This document shows, one piece after another, positions 11,813-25,920 of a stretch of DNA of 64,000 nucleotides. Position 1 is the first letter of the stretch. Each line of letters begins with the position of its first letter. The notes beneath the pieces were generated by a model. The model saw nothing but the letters and a program-made list of their open reading frames with translations, searched no databases and was not told the DNA's origin. The DNA lies in assembly GCF_009914755.1 (NCBI RefSeq), contig NC_060930.1; one strand, written 5' to 3'. Both the position numbers and the translations under genes were made by a program. Source of the stretch: the human T2T-CHM13v2.0 reference genome, Homo sapiens.

Positions 11813-14544
11813 ACTTGTAATACATTATTTATATGGCAATTTGCTTCACTAATAGGATCGATCCCTCTATAATGGATCCTATTAGAATGGAAAATGATGG
11901 GCCTAGAGATATTTTCACATAAAATATGGCTTCTATAGAATGTATTAATAATGACTATCAAACACCCATTTGGACCATAGGTGTTATGGGATGGAGGAGG
12001 ACAGGAAGGAAATAAGAAATTTAGTCCCTGCCCTATTGCTCTGAGAAGTATCTGGGAAGCCAGGCATTTCCTGGTCTAGATAGGATTATGTTTCAACATT
12101 GGCTAGGACCTCCAGATTTCACACACATCCACCCACATGTGGACAGCATGAGAATAATAACCAGGTAACCTGTACAGCTAATCAAAATGTTCTTGCTATC
12201 AGAGAACACCAGTAGATGCATGAGTCATGGACAGAAGGTGGCAAGGCTTTGTGGATGAAAGAAAAGCTATGAAATACTACCACACTGACCTCTTCTATAC
12301 TGGATGGCACAGTGCCCTGGAAAAATAAATCACCACACGAGCATGAAATCAGGATTGGGAAAATACACAGGAAATACAAGAAGAATATCCCTATCAGATC
12401 CTTTTAAAGATCTGCCTAACCGGACAGTTCAGTGCTGATGTGAGTAACTCCTTTCAAGTTTACAATATACTAGCTGAAAGTTTTTAGAACCAGGGTTCCA
12501 AATACATTAATAAAGATTTGTACAGGTGTGTAGGGAAGTTAATAATAAATTAACAGTGAACTTCACACTGAAATAATAACTTCTTTGCAGTAAATAGCTA
12601 CACATATTAAAAAATTAAAACTGATGAAAAATAAAATTAGAGTTCCTCTCTCCTCCCTTTCTCACTATCTCTCAAAGTGACAGGCCATACAATTAAAGGC
12701 TGTTTCTTTGCAAAGTCCATGCTTTGCAGTTCTAATCACTCGAGTGATTTATAGAGGAAATGATGTTTTGCAGGTACTCTAAAACAGAGCTGCACTTTGT
12801 CCAGTGTGCAAGGCCATGCTTAATGAAAAACTTTAAATTTGGAAGGAAAAAAACTGCAGTAAAAAGAGAAGAATTATGAAATTTTAGTATTTACTTGATT
12901 TATTAATGTTTCCTTGTGCATTTCTTTTTATAATTTGTGTCCTGGCTAAGGCAGGAAGGCAAAACAAATGTCCTTTTGTTTATGGCTTTAAAAAGGTCAT
13001 AAGAATAACAAAAGGATACATAAATACTGATGACTATATCTTTCCCTATTTCACTGTACATTAATTTAACAGTCTGCTACTGAAATACTGCTGTTGGTTA
13101 AGCACAGAGTTAACTATTTAAAAATATTCTTGTCTTTTTAACCCAATTTCTTTCAAGGATATAATTAATCCAGTTAAGACCGTTCTTAAAATATGTGCAG
13201 GTCATGATAGAAATGTCACTTGTCAACTCTCTGATGCATTTCAGATCTGCTCTGCCACTATAGAGTTCCAGGCAGACAGGAAACATTGTAAATCACTGAA
13301 GAAACATACAAGTTAAGAACTGTGATTTTGTTACTTAAAATTACTGAAAAATAGACAAAATTCAAGCATATATCAGGAGCGTAAATGTAGAAATCTGTAA
13401 GCATTTACCCAGAAAGGTGCAGATCATTAAACTAATAAAGCTAACTCATATTCAGTGCCCAAGGATATATCAAATTTTGTAAAAACAACTTTAAGTCACC
13501 GGAGGCAAGGAGAGCTCCAAGTTAGCACAAAGAATGTTGATTTCACCGGGGTGTGGTGACTGGGGATAGGCACACCTGGCAAAACTCCATTCTGTGGGCT
13601 ACTAAATCTCTGTATTTGTTAGGTTGTGCTATATTGTGTATTTCGGTTCTGCCACCCAAAGAAGGTATCCAAAATAACTTGTGGTGGGCGTGGAGGAATC
13701 ACATATTAAAAGTCCCAAAGTCTGTGCCTCCTTCATGCTTGTGCAGCTGTCTTCCAGTGTCACTGCCTTGTAGACTGCACAATCATGGTGTGAATCTAGA
13801 TAGCTCAGCTCCACCACAGAAATAAAGGGGATAAAATGAACAGTTGGCGAGATACTGAGACTGCAGTTTGAACCTCTATAGGACTAATGCTTTTAGGTTG
13901 TTCTTTATTTTGTTGCTTTGCTTTCTTTTGCCAACAGCAGCGGGGGCTTAGCTCTTATTCAACCATATACTTTTTAAAATCTCTACTCAGTGGTACTGAT
14001 AGAAAACATTTTCAAGATTCCACTGAAAAAGACCAGAGCTTTGTAAGGGTAGTGGAGTTCTCTAGGTGGAAAAATAACTTCCTCGCCTAATAGGGATTGG
14101 ACACCACCACCCACATCTTGGTCTCAATAGCACCAAACTTTAAATTGCCAATCTAGCCAGGCCCTTATGCTAAGGCCGAAGTGAGTCTTACCTTCAGTGT
14201 AGAAGCTGAAAAGCAGGTAGGTGTCTCTGATTCAGTCTAGCCTGACCACATGCACTTTTTGGTCTAATCTTAAAATACTTAAATGTCTAACAACTACTTC
14301 TGTTTCCCAGCTATTCTCTCCTAATATTTATGATATATCTTGGCTATTTGACAGTAGATTTGAGTCATATAGTTAAGTCATATAGTTAAGTCAACTATTT
14401 GAGTCATATAGTTAAGCTATCAACTTTCTATAGACATAGTTTGCCTTATACTATAACATACATTCTTCAACCTTACACTATACAGCAAAGTATTTATTAT
14501 TGTTTCTATCAAAATAATATCTTACATTCCTGTAATTTCTTATA

Positions 14545-14745
14545 GTTGCTAAGTACTCTTTAGATGTTTTTTCCCATTTATATCTCACAACATCCTGGTG
14601 AGGTAGCTGATATTATCCTCATTTTTCCGGATCAGAAAATTGAAGAAAGCATAAATCCCTTGTTCAAGGTCATAGAGCTAGTTAGAGAACTTGGCAGAAT
14701 ATGAAACCAATTTGTTTAATTCTAATTACAGTGTTATGTCCACAA
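14545..14745 (-). mobile_element. MIR
   Basis: ctcacaacatcctggtgaggtag...ttgttcaaggtcatagagctagt. Confidence 0.75.
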
Positions 14746-15232
14746 TACCTCTCCCTCAATCAAAATAAAAACGTTTCAACCAAAATAAGATGCCACAGCA
14801 GTTTTTTAAAGAAATTAATAAATTTATATAAAAACCCATATACAGTTTAGCACAAAATAATATTTCAAATTTAAGTATCTTCAATTATCCTTGCAATAAT
14901 CCACTATCAAAAGCCATTGCTTAAACTAATCCCCCCTTTAAGTATACTAAACAACGTGCTACTGTGTGTATTTGTGTATCCGTGAGTGAGTGTGTGCATG
15001 CTTGCCTGAGCTCATTTAAAGGGATACCTTTATCCTGAGGTTTAAAAACAGTGAGGTCTGAATTTTCATTGTTAAAAGCAGATCATGGAGCAATCAATCA
15101 GCTAATAACCATCTATTAATATCTGATGTACTATGCAACATGACAGAGTAAATGAAAATAAGAATAAGATGCATTTCCTACATTTGAGTTTCTATAATCT
15201 AGCGAGAGGACAAGGAAACAACACATCTACCA

Positions 15233-15265
<33 letters not shown>
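15233..15265. repeat. (CAT)11 microsatellite
   Basis: Direct reading. Confidence 0.97.
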
Positions 15266-15523
15266 ATTAGCAATGACATTAATGCCGACATTCATTCACT
15301 ACATACTTCTCACATTTTAGGCCAGCACTGGCCAACAGAAATATAATGTGAGCCACATATGTAATTTTTAATTTTCCAGTAGCCAAATTAAAAAAGGTAA
15401 AAAGAAACAGATAAAGATGAATTTTATTTAACACATATATCTAGAATGTTTTATGCACATGTTAATAAAAAATTATCCAGATATTTTACATACTTTTTCA
15501 TATTAAAGTCTCCAAAATCCAAC

Positions 15524-15835
15524 GCAGTCAATGAATTACATAACAACGGGGAAACATTCTGAGAAATGTACCATTGCATGAACATTACAGTATACTTGCA
15601 CAAACCTAGGTAGTAGAGCCAACTACATACCTAGGATATATGATATAGTCTTATGGTGCCTAGGTTGCAACCTGTACAGCATGTTACTGTACTGAATACT
15701 GTAGGCAACTGTCGCACTATTGTAAGTATTTGTGTATCTACACAGAAAAGGTACAGTGAAAATATGGTATCTTATGGGACTACCATTGTGTATGGTCCCT
15801 TGCTGACCCACATGTCATTATGCAGCACATGACTA
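15524..15835 (-). mobile_element. Tigger3a (MER7A) MITE nested in Charlie
   Basis: cctgtacagcatgttactgtactgaatactgtaggcaa; cagtca...tgact termini. Confidence 0.9.
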
Positions 15836-16071
15836 TATTTTACACTTATGGCATATCACAATTCAAATGTAAATTTTCATCAGAAATACTTGATCTGTTT
15901 TAGATTTCATAAAACTGATCATTGAAAAAGTAAATTCATGTACCCAACCTGTACCAAATATACTTAAAAGTTTTCTCATAACGAAATTGAGTATCCAAAA
16001 AATCATTTTCCTTTAATTTTCACAAGTACATTGACAAAACTGGTTCACTTTTGTTTAAAAGAACTGATTTG

Positions 16072-16565
<494 letters not shown>

Positions 16566-16930
16566 AAAACTGATTTGACTTTGAAGTATAAGCATATCAG
16601 TTTCAAATCCATATCGGTTCAAGTTAAGTAAGCTAATTAACTCTTGTGTCAAGTCAGTATTAACACTGGATTCAAAGGAATATTTGCATAAATTGGAAAA
16701 CAACTCTAAATTTATCAGTATCAACAAAGAGCTCTTCAAATTCTAGTTTTTGTAGCCAATATATATAATGGTATTTATAATTAAAATCTTCTGCACATTA
16801 ATCATTACTATTGACTTATATTATGAAAACCTTCAATTTCAACATGAATTCTAATATCTGCCTAGCTAGTTGACAAATTACCTTGTCCTTTCCTGAGACT
16901 TTCAAATTAGTTCATTCAAAAGTAGTGTGA

Positions 16931-17281
<351 letters not shown>

Positions 17282-18137
17282 TAAGTACTGAATACTTGGG
17301 CAAGTGCCCCTTTTTGTTTCAACAAAAGATCATCTTTGGTTGGAGTAAATATTATGCTATAGAAATCTGTGTAAAACTCGTCCAGGACTCCACCAACAAG
17401 TGCTGCTAAAGATCACAAGGTCACTGCCTTCACTGTCTTCCATTTCTTTCTGCAGGTCCATAAACCAGCAATGATCTATGAATTTACACTTATAGACTGG
17501 ATAATTTTAACTACTAGTATGTGTCACACTTTTTGCCAAGTTAACTACTGTATTGTACTCTGTCCAGCTTCAGAATACAGTCGAATGAAGCAATAAGAGA
17601 AATACCAGCCTCTTGAAAAATTCCAATAAATACAGAATTCGGTCTAAGAGAGCTGGGTCAACTGTAATAGAAATTAATTTTTTCATATCCATCTGAAATT
17701 CTTTGAAACAGTCAAATGTTTGAATTGAATGTTCTTAAAACATTCAAAAATATCTCTGCCACAAATCTGTTATTTTTGGCAAAAAAAATTACAACATTTA
17801 TTTATAAATCTTAAAGTCTGTATTAATCGGACAATGGATCATCATACTGTATAACTTACACAAAGCTAAAGGAAAGTAATTGAAATGTTTCAAATTTCAA
17901 ATGGGTCATGTAGTCTATAGGCAACTGTTTAGTGAAAAATATCTTTAAGTTTTTGTGAAATATATTTTTGTCTCTTCTCATAATTTTCTAATAAAATTTT
18001 GGTACCTGCAATAATTCCTTCTGCCATCTCTCCATCTTAAACTGGCTTCCTCTATAGTGCATGAATCCAAGACACTGTATAGGTGGCCAAAGTTACAGGC
18101 TCATACTCTGTTAAAATTTTTAAACTTAATGAACATT

Positions 18138-18364
18138 TGATATAGTTTAGATTTCTGTCCCTCCAAATCTCATGTTGAAATGTGATCCTCAATGTTGAAG
18201 GTGCGGTCTAGTGGGAGGTGTTTGAGACAGGGGGACAGATCCCTCATGAATGAGTGTTACTGCCATGCTAACATCTGCAGAACTGAGAGCCAAATAAGCC
18301 TCTTTTCTTTATAAGTTACACGGTCTCAGGTATTCCTTTACAGTAATGCAAAACGGACTAATAA
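18138..18364 (+). mobile_element. MST (MSTB-like) MaLR solo LTR, internally deleted
   Basis: tgatatagttt...ccaaatctcatgttgaaatgtgatcc...gcaaaacggactaat. Confidence 0.85.
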
Positions 18365-18698
18365 AACACTAAATTCTGCTTTCAGGCAATTACTTCCATC
18401 AATTCTTCATTGACCTTTGAGAAAAAACTTCTCATCAAATCTACCACAGATTTCTTGAAAATGTCTTAATATTGCCCATTTCATTTTCTTTACATTTTTT
18501 ATACAATTGCAAATGAGATTCATCATGAAGTCCCTAGTCTCTTTGTGTTCCCACTGCTTTGATCATACTACTAATTTCTGTATCTGTACTCACTCCGCAA
18601 CAGTAGTATGCCTTCACTTCAAATTTAAAAACTGTCCATATTTATTTACTAACAAGTGATGTAGTTACCTTAATTTTATATATCACTTAAACATTTCT

Positions 18699-18852
18699 GG
18701 GGGATGAGGGATAAAAATCTACATGTCAGGTACCATGTACACTACTTGGGTGACAGGTACACTGAAATCTCAGATTTTACCACCATACAATTCACCCACG
18801 TAACCAAGAACTTCTTGTACCCCAAAAGCTATTGAAATAAAAAATTTAAAAC
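18699..18852 (+). mobile_element. L1PB-like 3' end
   Basis: tacactacttgggtgacagg...tgtaccccaaaagctattgaaataaaa; TSD aaacatttc. Confidence 0.8.
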
Positions 18853-19199
18853 AAACATTTCAATTTAATTACTAATGATAATGTACTTGCATCACTATAA
18901 GCTGCACTGTCTGCACAAAATATTTAATAAATACTATAAAGTGAGAACACAGAAAAAGTATATACTGAATAAATTATTTGACACCAGCAAGATTGGTAGT
19001 GTGTTTATGTATGCTAATGTAGTCTTACCAAAACAAGAAAACTGTGTTTAACAGAAATATATCGTGCACTGCTTCCATCTTAAAAATCCAGTTCCTCGGG
19101 TACGCTAGTCACACTGAACTGCTCGACAGACACATGTGGCTTATAGCTATTGTTCCTGATCATACGATGAGAGGCTGTGTTCATGGCAGTCTGTATTTA

Positions 19200-19385
19200 T
19201 TAATTGTGGTAATTCTCACAAGGAAGAGAAGTCTTTACTCTAATTATCCCCACATTACAGACAATGGAATTTAGGCAAAAGTAATTAAGTGACTTACCCA
19301 AAGTCACAAAGCTATTAACTGGGGAACTGGGATTTCAACCCAGACAGTCTGACTCCAGAGACTCTTATCCACTATTCCACACCGC
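19200..19385 (-). mobile_element. MIR
   Basis: aagtgacttacccaaagtcacaaagct...gggatttcaacccagacagtctgactccagag. Confidence 0.85.
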
Positions 19386-19668
19386 CAGAAGTTCAACAAC
19401 AGCACAGGGTTTCATGAGAGATGAGGCAAGAGATGCAGAGTGTGTTAAAAATATATATATAAACCAAACTACTTTGCAATGAAAAGAAGGAAGCCAGAAC
19501 TCACAGGAAGACGTCGTGAAAGAGGGAGAAAGACTTGAGCTGCGTAGTCCAAGATAAATGCTGCAGATAAACAGCCCAGGCAGCTGAGCGCAGGAGGAGT
19601 AGGTGTGCGAAGCGCGAGCAAAGTGTGTTTAGCCATGAACAGGTAAAGTGAGTCAGCTGTGGAGTTAA

Positions 19669-20126
19669 TGCAGCAGGCTAAAAAATGGCCCCCAAAAGAC
19701 ACAGCCACATCCTCACCACTGAAATCTGTGACTGATACCTCATATTAGAAAATCATCTTTGCAGATGTGATGAAGTTAAGGACCTTGCGTTGGGGAGACT
19801 GGAGATTATCGTGGATTATCTGGGTGAACTCTGAGCATAATCGCGAGAGTCCTTATAAGAAACAGGCAGTGGGAGATTTCACCCAGTCAGAAGACGAGGC
19901 CACGAGACCACAGAAGCAGAGATTAGGGCCATGTGCCCCAAGTCAAGGGATTCCAGCAGCCACTAGAAGTTAGAAGAAGAAAGCAAGGAATTCTCCTCTT
20001 GAAGCCTCCAAAGGGAACATGGCCTTTCTGACATACACCTTGATTTTGGACATCCAGAACTGTGAGAAGACAGCTGTGTTGTTTAGGCCACTCAGTCTGT
20101 TTCAAAAGCCATAGGAAACTAATACA
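19669..20126 (+). mobile_element. MLT1C/D MaLR solo LTR
   Basis: tg...aatggcccccaaa...tttgcagatgtgat...ccagaactgtgaga...ggaaactaataca. Confidence 0.88.
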
Positions 20127-21072
20127 GCTTAGAACCTCTCAAAACCTGCAACATGCAAAGCGACCTTGTGAATCAGCAAGAGGTCAATCTAGCAAGCAGT
20201 CGTTCCCAGTCTATTTAATGAGAGAATACCCATTTCCCAGAAAGAGAGAGCTGGTGGTGAAAGCATGCACCTTTTAGCATCTGGCATACCTAACATTCCT
20301 CTAACAAAGTTTGGGAATTCCTAACCCAAGTCACATTCTGGAAGGCAATTTAATCAAGTAAGTCTGAACTTTATTCAAACAATGCAAAAACGATCGAAGG
20401 TTTTTAAGAAATGTTGCAAGAAGTCAACCATTTGGGGTGAGGAAATCCAGGACCCTGTGACCCTGGATTCAGGGTAGCTTCAAAGTAGCAGAATGCATTG
20501 CTTTGGAAGATAAAACATGTCAGCAGCTGAGCCAGCCCTCCCAGCTGACAGCAGTGAACTCTGCCCTGATGGAACCACCTCCTCTGGGAAGTGCTCCTGT
20601 CATGAGGGATGCTGACAAACTAAAGTGGCTTCACAGTGTGACGAGTGAGAAATGACATAAAAGAATGAAAGAAGTGTTGTGCTAGAGAGCAATATTCAAA
20701 TGGGAAACAAAATAGCAGTACCTTCAAGTAAACGAAAGGCTAAAATATATTGTTAATAACAAAAAATGAGCTACAAACGGTTCAATAAAAGTCAAAGGTG
20801 AAACCATCAAGGGGAGTGGGATCAGGTCAACAGGAAGCTGCCCATGGGCATCTGCAGTAAGAAGCACCTGGCCAGTATGGATCTTCCTGTGGAGACAAGT
20901 TATCAGGCTGCCACAGGAGAAGAAAACCCACACTGCATAGGAAGCTGGACCTCAAAACTGACCAGCTTCCACAAGTCTAAGATTTCATGACCTAAACTGG
21001 ACACAGGCCTGTTTATCATACGCACATGTAGAGCTGGAATAAAAACTGAATTTCAAAAATATTGTGTGAAAC

Positions 21073-21186
21073 TAGGGGTGAAATTCAAAATATTGAATAA
21101 CCTGCGTAGCACAGGCACTGACCCACCAGAACGTATCCCAGCTTATGTGCCTACAGGTAGGTGCCCACCTCCTGAATTTCAGCCTT
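21073..21186. mobile_element. Small hAT-type MITE (family uncertain)
   Basis: Imperfect ~14-bp TIRs aggggtgaaattca / tgaatttcagcct; degenerate 8-bp flanking repeat. Confidence 0.6.
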
Positions 21187-21299
21187 CATAAAACCGTGAA
21201 CGCTGACGGAGAGTTGGAAACAGATTCTGAACAGGCAGGGATGAAGAGGGGAGGGGAAGAAACTACTGCCGTTTAAAAACTTCACTTGAACTGACAGCA

Positions 21300-21499
21300 G
21301 GTCCCCCATTTTGGGAAGCCACAGGATGTCAAGGAAAGGTGACCAGGTAGGCTGGAAGCCACATTCTAAATACAGCATCTCTGACCACAAACGGCCGGCA
21401 GCCACACACTGTGGCCCTGCCATCTCCAAGGCCACTGACTCAGCACGGCTGCGACCTAACGACACACTGGGAAGTCTGGGTTTGGTTTTGGTTGTGCGT

Positions 21500-21535
<36 letters not shown>

Positions 21536-21660
21536 TTCTTCTCCCCCACAACACTCCTCCTCCCACCTACACTCCCCCTTCTCTCCGACCCCGCTCCTAT
21601 AGCATACATTTTGGTTCCACTGGTTGCCGGCTTATCCATTTGGCGGTAACTGTCTGGTAG
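21300..21660. promoter_or_regulatory. Candidate enhancer or alternative promoter with ARE/MARE
   Basis: TGACTCAGCA at 21436-21445, RUNX ACCACA at 21384-21389, CpG retention, (CT)15 and a polypyrimidine tract. Confidence 0.45.
21501..21530. repeat. (CT)15 microsatellite
   Basis: Direct reading. Confidence 0.97.
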
Positions 21661-21886
21661 GTTAATGCCCAACAATAGGCACTTGTATTTTCTTATACGG
21701 GGGAGGTAAATTATGGCACTTGAACAAAGACCTTACTATTTAAGTTTTACTGCACGTTTACTACAAGCCAGTTTCAATTTTACGTTTTTGTCCCTAGGCC
21801 ATAAGAGAAAAAAGAGCAGGTTCCTGTTCATATTCGAAGGAGCTGTTTAAATAACAATAACAACAATACCTGGCAAAAGCGGGATC

Positions 21887-22357
21887 TGTTATAGGTCGAA
21901 TTCTGTCCCCCTGAAAATGTATATGCTGAAGCCCTAACCTCCAGGACCTGGGAATGGGATGTTAGTTGGAGATACGGTTGGTGCAGATGTAATTAGTTAA
22001 GATTAGGTCATACTAAAGTAGGTGGCCCCTAATCCAATATGAGTGGTGTCCTTATTTAAAAAAAAAGAAAGAAAAGAAAATCTGGACACAGGCAACACCC
22101 AGCAAGAATGTCACAGGATGATGAAGTGGAATGGTGTTTCTACAAGCCAAGGAACACCAAATATTGCCAGAAAACCACCAGCGGCAAGGTAAGGGGCCTG
22201 GAACAGATCCTTCCCTCACAGCCCTCAGAAGGAACCAACCCTGACAACACCTTGATCATGGACTTCCAGCCTCCAGAGCTATGAGACAATAAGTTTCAGT
22301 TGCTTGAACCACCCAGTCTGTGGTACTTTGTTATGGCAGCCCTAGTGGACTAACACA
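21887..22357 (+). mobile_element. MLT1C MaLR solo LTR
   Basis: tgttatagg...cctaatccaatatga...cagccctcagaaggaaccaaccctg...gactaacaca. Confidence 0.9.
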
Positions 22358-23689
22358 AGACCAAAAGAATCAGGAGAGTGGCAACTGAAAGGTCAGGCAA
22401 GGTGGCCGGGCAAGTTTGGAGGAAAGAGTTTCCACTCTTTGCACCTCTAGTTAACTGTCAGGAAGCCCCCAGACTCGCCTGCCTGTCACACTGGCTTTCT
22501 CTGGGGTCCATCATCCATCGCTCCTGAGCTTGGCATAAGCTGCTGGTCCTTCCTCAACTCTTCCAGCTGCCCCTGTCCCTCACACACTCATTCAGTGGAA
22601 CTCACAATTCTAAATGCCGATTCAACCACCACTTTCTCAGAAATGCATCCTGATCCCTCCAGCCTGCATCAGACCCCACTGTTTCCCACTGGTCTGTAGG
22701 GTCTACAAGGACAGGACCATGACTGCATTGCTCAACATGATGTTGCTGGTTGGCTGGAATACATATTTGCTCCATAAATTAAAATTCATTGTCCTTGGGT
22801 TACTAATCTCACAGGTCCTATGGCTCCAGCAGACACGCCAATGCCCTGATGATGTCTACAACTTTTATAGCAAACCTGTATCACCAGCTTGGCCTCTTTG
22901 TCTTAAAACATGAGATACCCCTGGGCTCTGGTCTCCCACATTGTCAATTGAGGGGCACTACTGACCCTTTCTCTGCAGAGCCACACGGGCTCTCCTTTCC
23001 CCTACAGAACTTCTCAGACTTAACCACTGCCATCCACTCCCATCCCCATCATCTGGGCAGTGTCCATGGTCTTCCTGCCCCAGCATCCAGGTGGGAGCAC
23101 CCACACACCAGGATAAACTGACTGTGCTACTCTTTACTTAAAAATCAGCTTGATTTCCATTGCCTATTCTAAAGTAATTTTTTTTAAAAGCAGAAATCAA
23201 ATCTATGCAAGGGATTACCACAGAACTGTCTGGTTTCTGGGTGGGGAAGCTGTGAATGGCTGTGGGAGAGGCAAGGCGCCTCCCAAGCAGTGGCCTCCCA
23301 CTACCCTTTGTGTCACACTCCCACCCCACCTCTTAGCAAATCTTGAGGCATTCCAGGTAACTCAGGGCTCCTCACAACAGTGTAGAAATCACAGGTCCCT
23401 CTGGTTAAATCCAGCCTTTTTAGTAAAGGAATCAAGGCTCTTCATTTAACTATCACCTCCATTGTCAAAAGCATAACCAAATAAAAACAAACATCTTCAC
23501 GTGAACATTCCATATCTTGGCTCCAATTCTTCCCTCCCATATTCATTCATTCATTCATTCATCAGAAATCTGCTGTTTTAGGAAGTGGTCCAAGGTTACA
23601 GAGATGCCTTGCCTTCAAAAAACAGCAATGCAGTAAATAAGACAGTTGTGTCCATTGACATATGTAAAAACAGTAATAATAAAAATAAC

Positions 23690-23880
23690 AGGCAATATTT
23701 ACCACAGGCAGCACTGGAAGTATTCTATGTGCATTAGCCTTCTGAACAACCCTTTAGGGAGGGTCCCATAATTATCCCAATTTTAAGGATGAGGAAATAA
23801 AGAGTCTTGAGGAGGTCAGGTCAGGTGACCAGCTAGAAAGAGGGCAAAGGAAGATTACAAACCATACGTTCTATGCTATT
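23690..23880 (-). mobile_element. MIR
   Basis: aacaaccc...attatcccaattttaaggatgaggaaa. Confidence 0.7.
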
Positions 23881-23884
23881 TTAG

Positions 23885-24378
23885 GTGATCCCAGTCAGGT
23901 GTGGTCACAAGAGGCCACACAGTAGAGGCTCAGGAATCAGCTGATTGTCCTCAGTGATCCTAGAGACAGGAGGCCCGCCATGCAGGCCACACTGGAACGC
24001 CTCAGGCTGGTGAGAGGCAGAGTGGGCAGGAGGAGGAGAGAACTAGGCCACAGTCTTTAATGGACTTCCAGGAAAAACAAGGCGGGGCAGGGTGAACAGG
24101 TTAGGAGTGGCTAAGTTGAATAATTTCAGCAGGCTTTGGGCTACAGAGGTGGTCTCTAGTTGCCTGGCACCTAGCCTTGAATGATGTAAGCAAGGGAATA
24201 CTGCTTCCTGAAGTGTAAGGGCCAGATAGAGGAGGTCTGGGTATGGACTAGTTGGTTTGTATCTCAAAGGCATGCTCCTGGCTAGGCCCTGGCTCCCTCT
24301 CAGAACTGGCTAGACCTGCAAGGGCAGCCTCTTCCCAACCACAATGGTTTCTAAGATGTCAAAACATCATAATATATA
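23885..24378 (-). mobile_element. MER74-like ERVL solo LTR
   Basis: tagttggtttgtatctcaaaggcatgctcctggct...ttctaagatgtcaaaacatcataata is the reverse of the MER74 5' end. Confidence 0.75.
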
Positions 24379-24866
24379 GAAAATAAAAACCGTAAATAAT
24401 ACACCAGACTACCTGACTTCAAGCCTTCAGCAACTGTGCCTGCTACATCCCCAGCATAGTGACTGCACAAAGTAAGGCCAGGTAGGAGACACAATGAAGG
24501 CCTCTGGAAGGTGAGAAAAAGATCCACAAAGGCAGCACTCAAAGCACATCAACAATAAAGGAAACATAGAAGCTTCCACGAGGATAAGAATAAAAGAAGG
24601 ACTTTCCAAGCAAAGGGACTGGGCAATAAAAAGGCAACCTGGCCAGTCCAGTTGGCTGCTGTGCCTTGATGTCTCTGGGGCCAGGGTCCTGGGACAGCAC
24701 TAAAGATGAGGATGGAGACGCAGGCCTGGGCAAGAATCCCTAATTTTCAATTAGGTGTATGATAACAGGTAGTATGAATAGATTTCAAGGGTTTATTAAG
24801 CACTAAGTATAGTGTAAGCTCACATATAACAGAAACATTTAGTACCCAAAATACCAAACGTATCTA

Positions 24867-25618
<752 letters not shown>

Positions 25619-25629
25619 GCTGGCAAGTG

Positions 25630-25920
25630 CATGGGCAGGTATGTCATAGAAGACAAAACATAAGTCACCAGTAATCACATGAAAGATCCTGAGTTTTCAT
25701 TAGCAATCATGGAAATGCAAGTTAAAACCACAGCGAAATAACGTTTCACACCTAGCAGATTAGCCAAAGTTTGATAAACTACCAAAATCAATTATTAATG
25801 AAGATATGTTAGGAAGACATGTTCTTGTGCACTGTTGGTAGGACTGTAAATTGGTAAAACCACTTTACAAGATCAACAGTCATTTATTTTCCAATGTTGA
25901 AGTTGCTCATACCGCAAGAT
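25630..25920 (+). mobile_element. Old L1M fragment (ORF2 C-terminus)
   Basis: ggaaatgcaagttaaaaccacagcgaaata...tgttggtaggactgtaaattggta. Confidence 0.8.

Noticed and set aside
11849-11885. 11-bp inverted repeat ctaataggatc / gatcctattag
   Set aside because: It is too short for a pre-miRNA and has no other support
14358-14416. Short repeats as a CRISPR-like array
   Set aside because: The context is eukaryotic, with no regular repeat-spacer periodicity and no cas genes
21151-21675. Longest ORF (174 aa, - strand)
   Set aside because: It has a non-ATG start, reads through a (GA)n repeat and a MITE, and shows no recognisable domain
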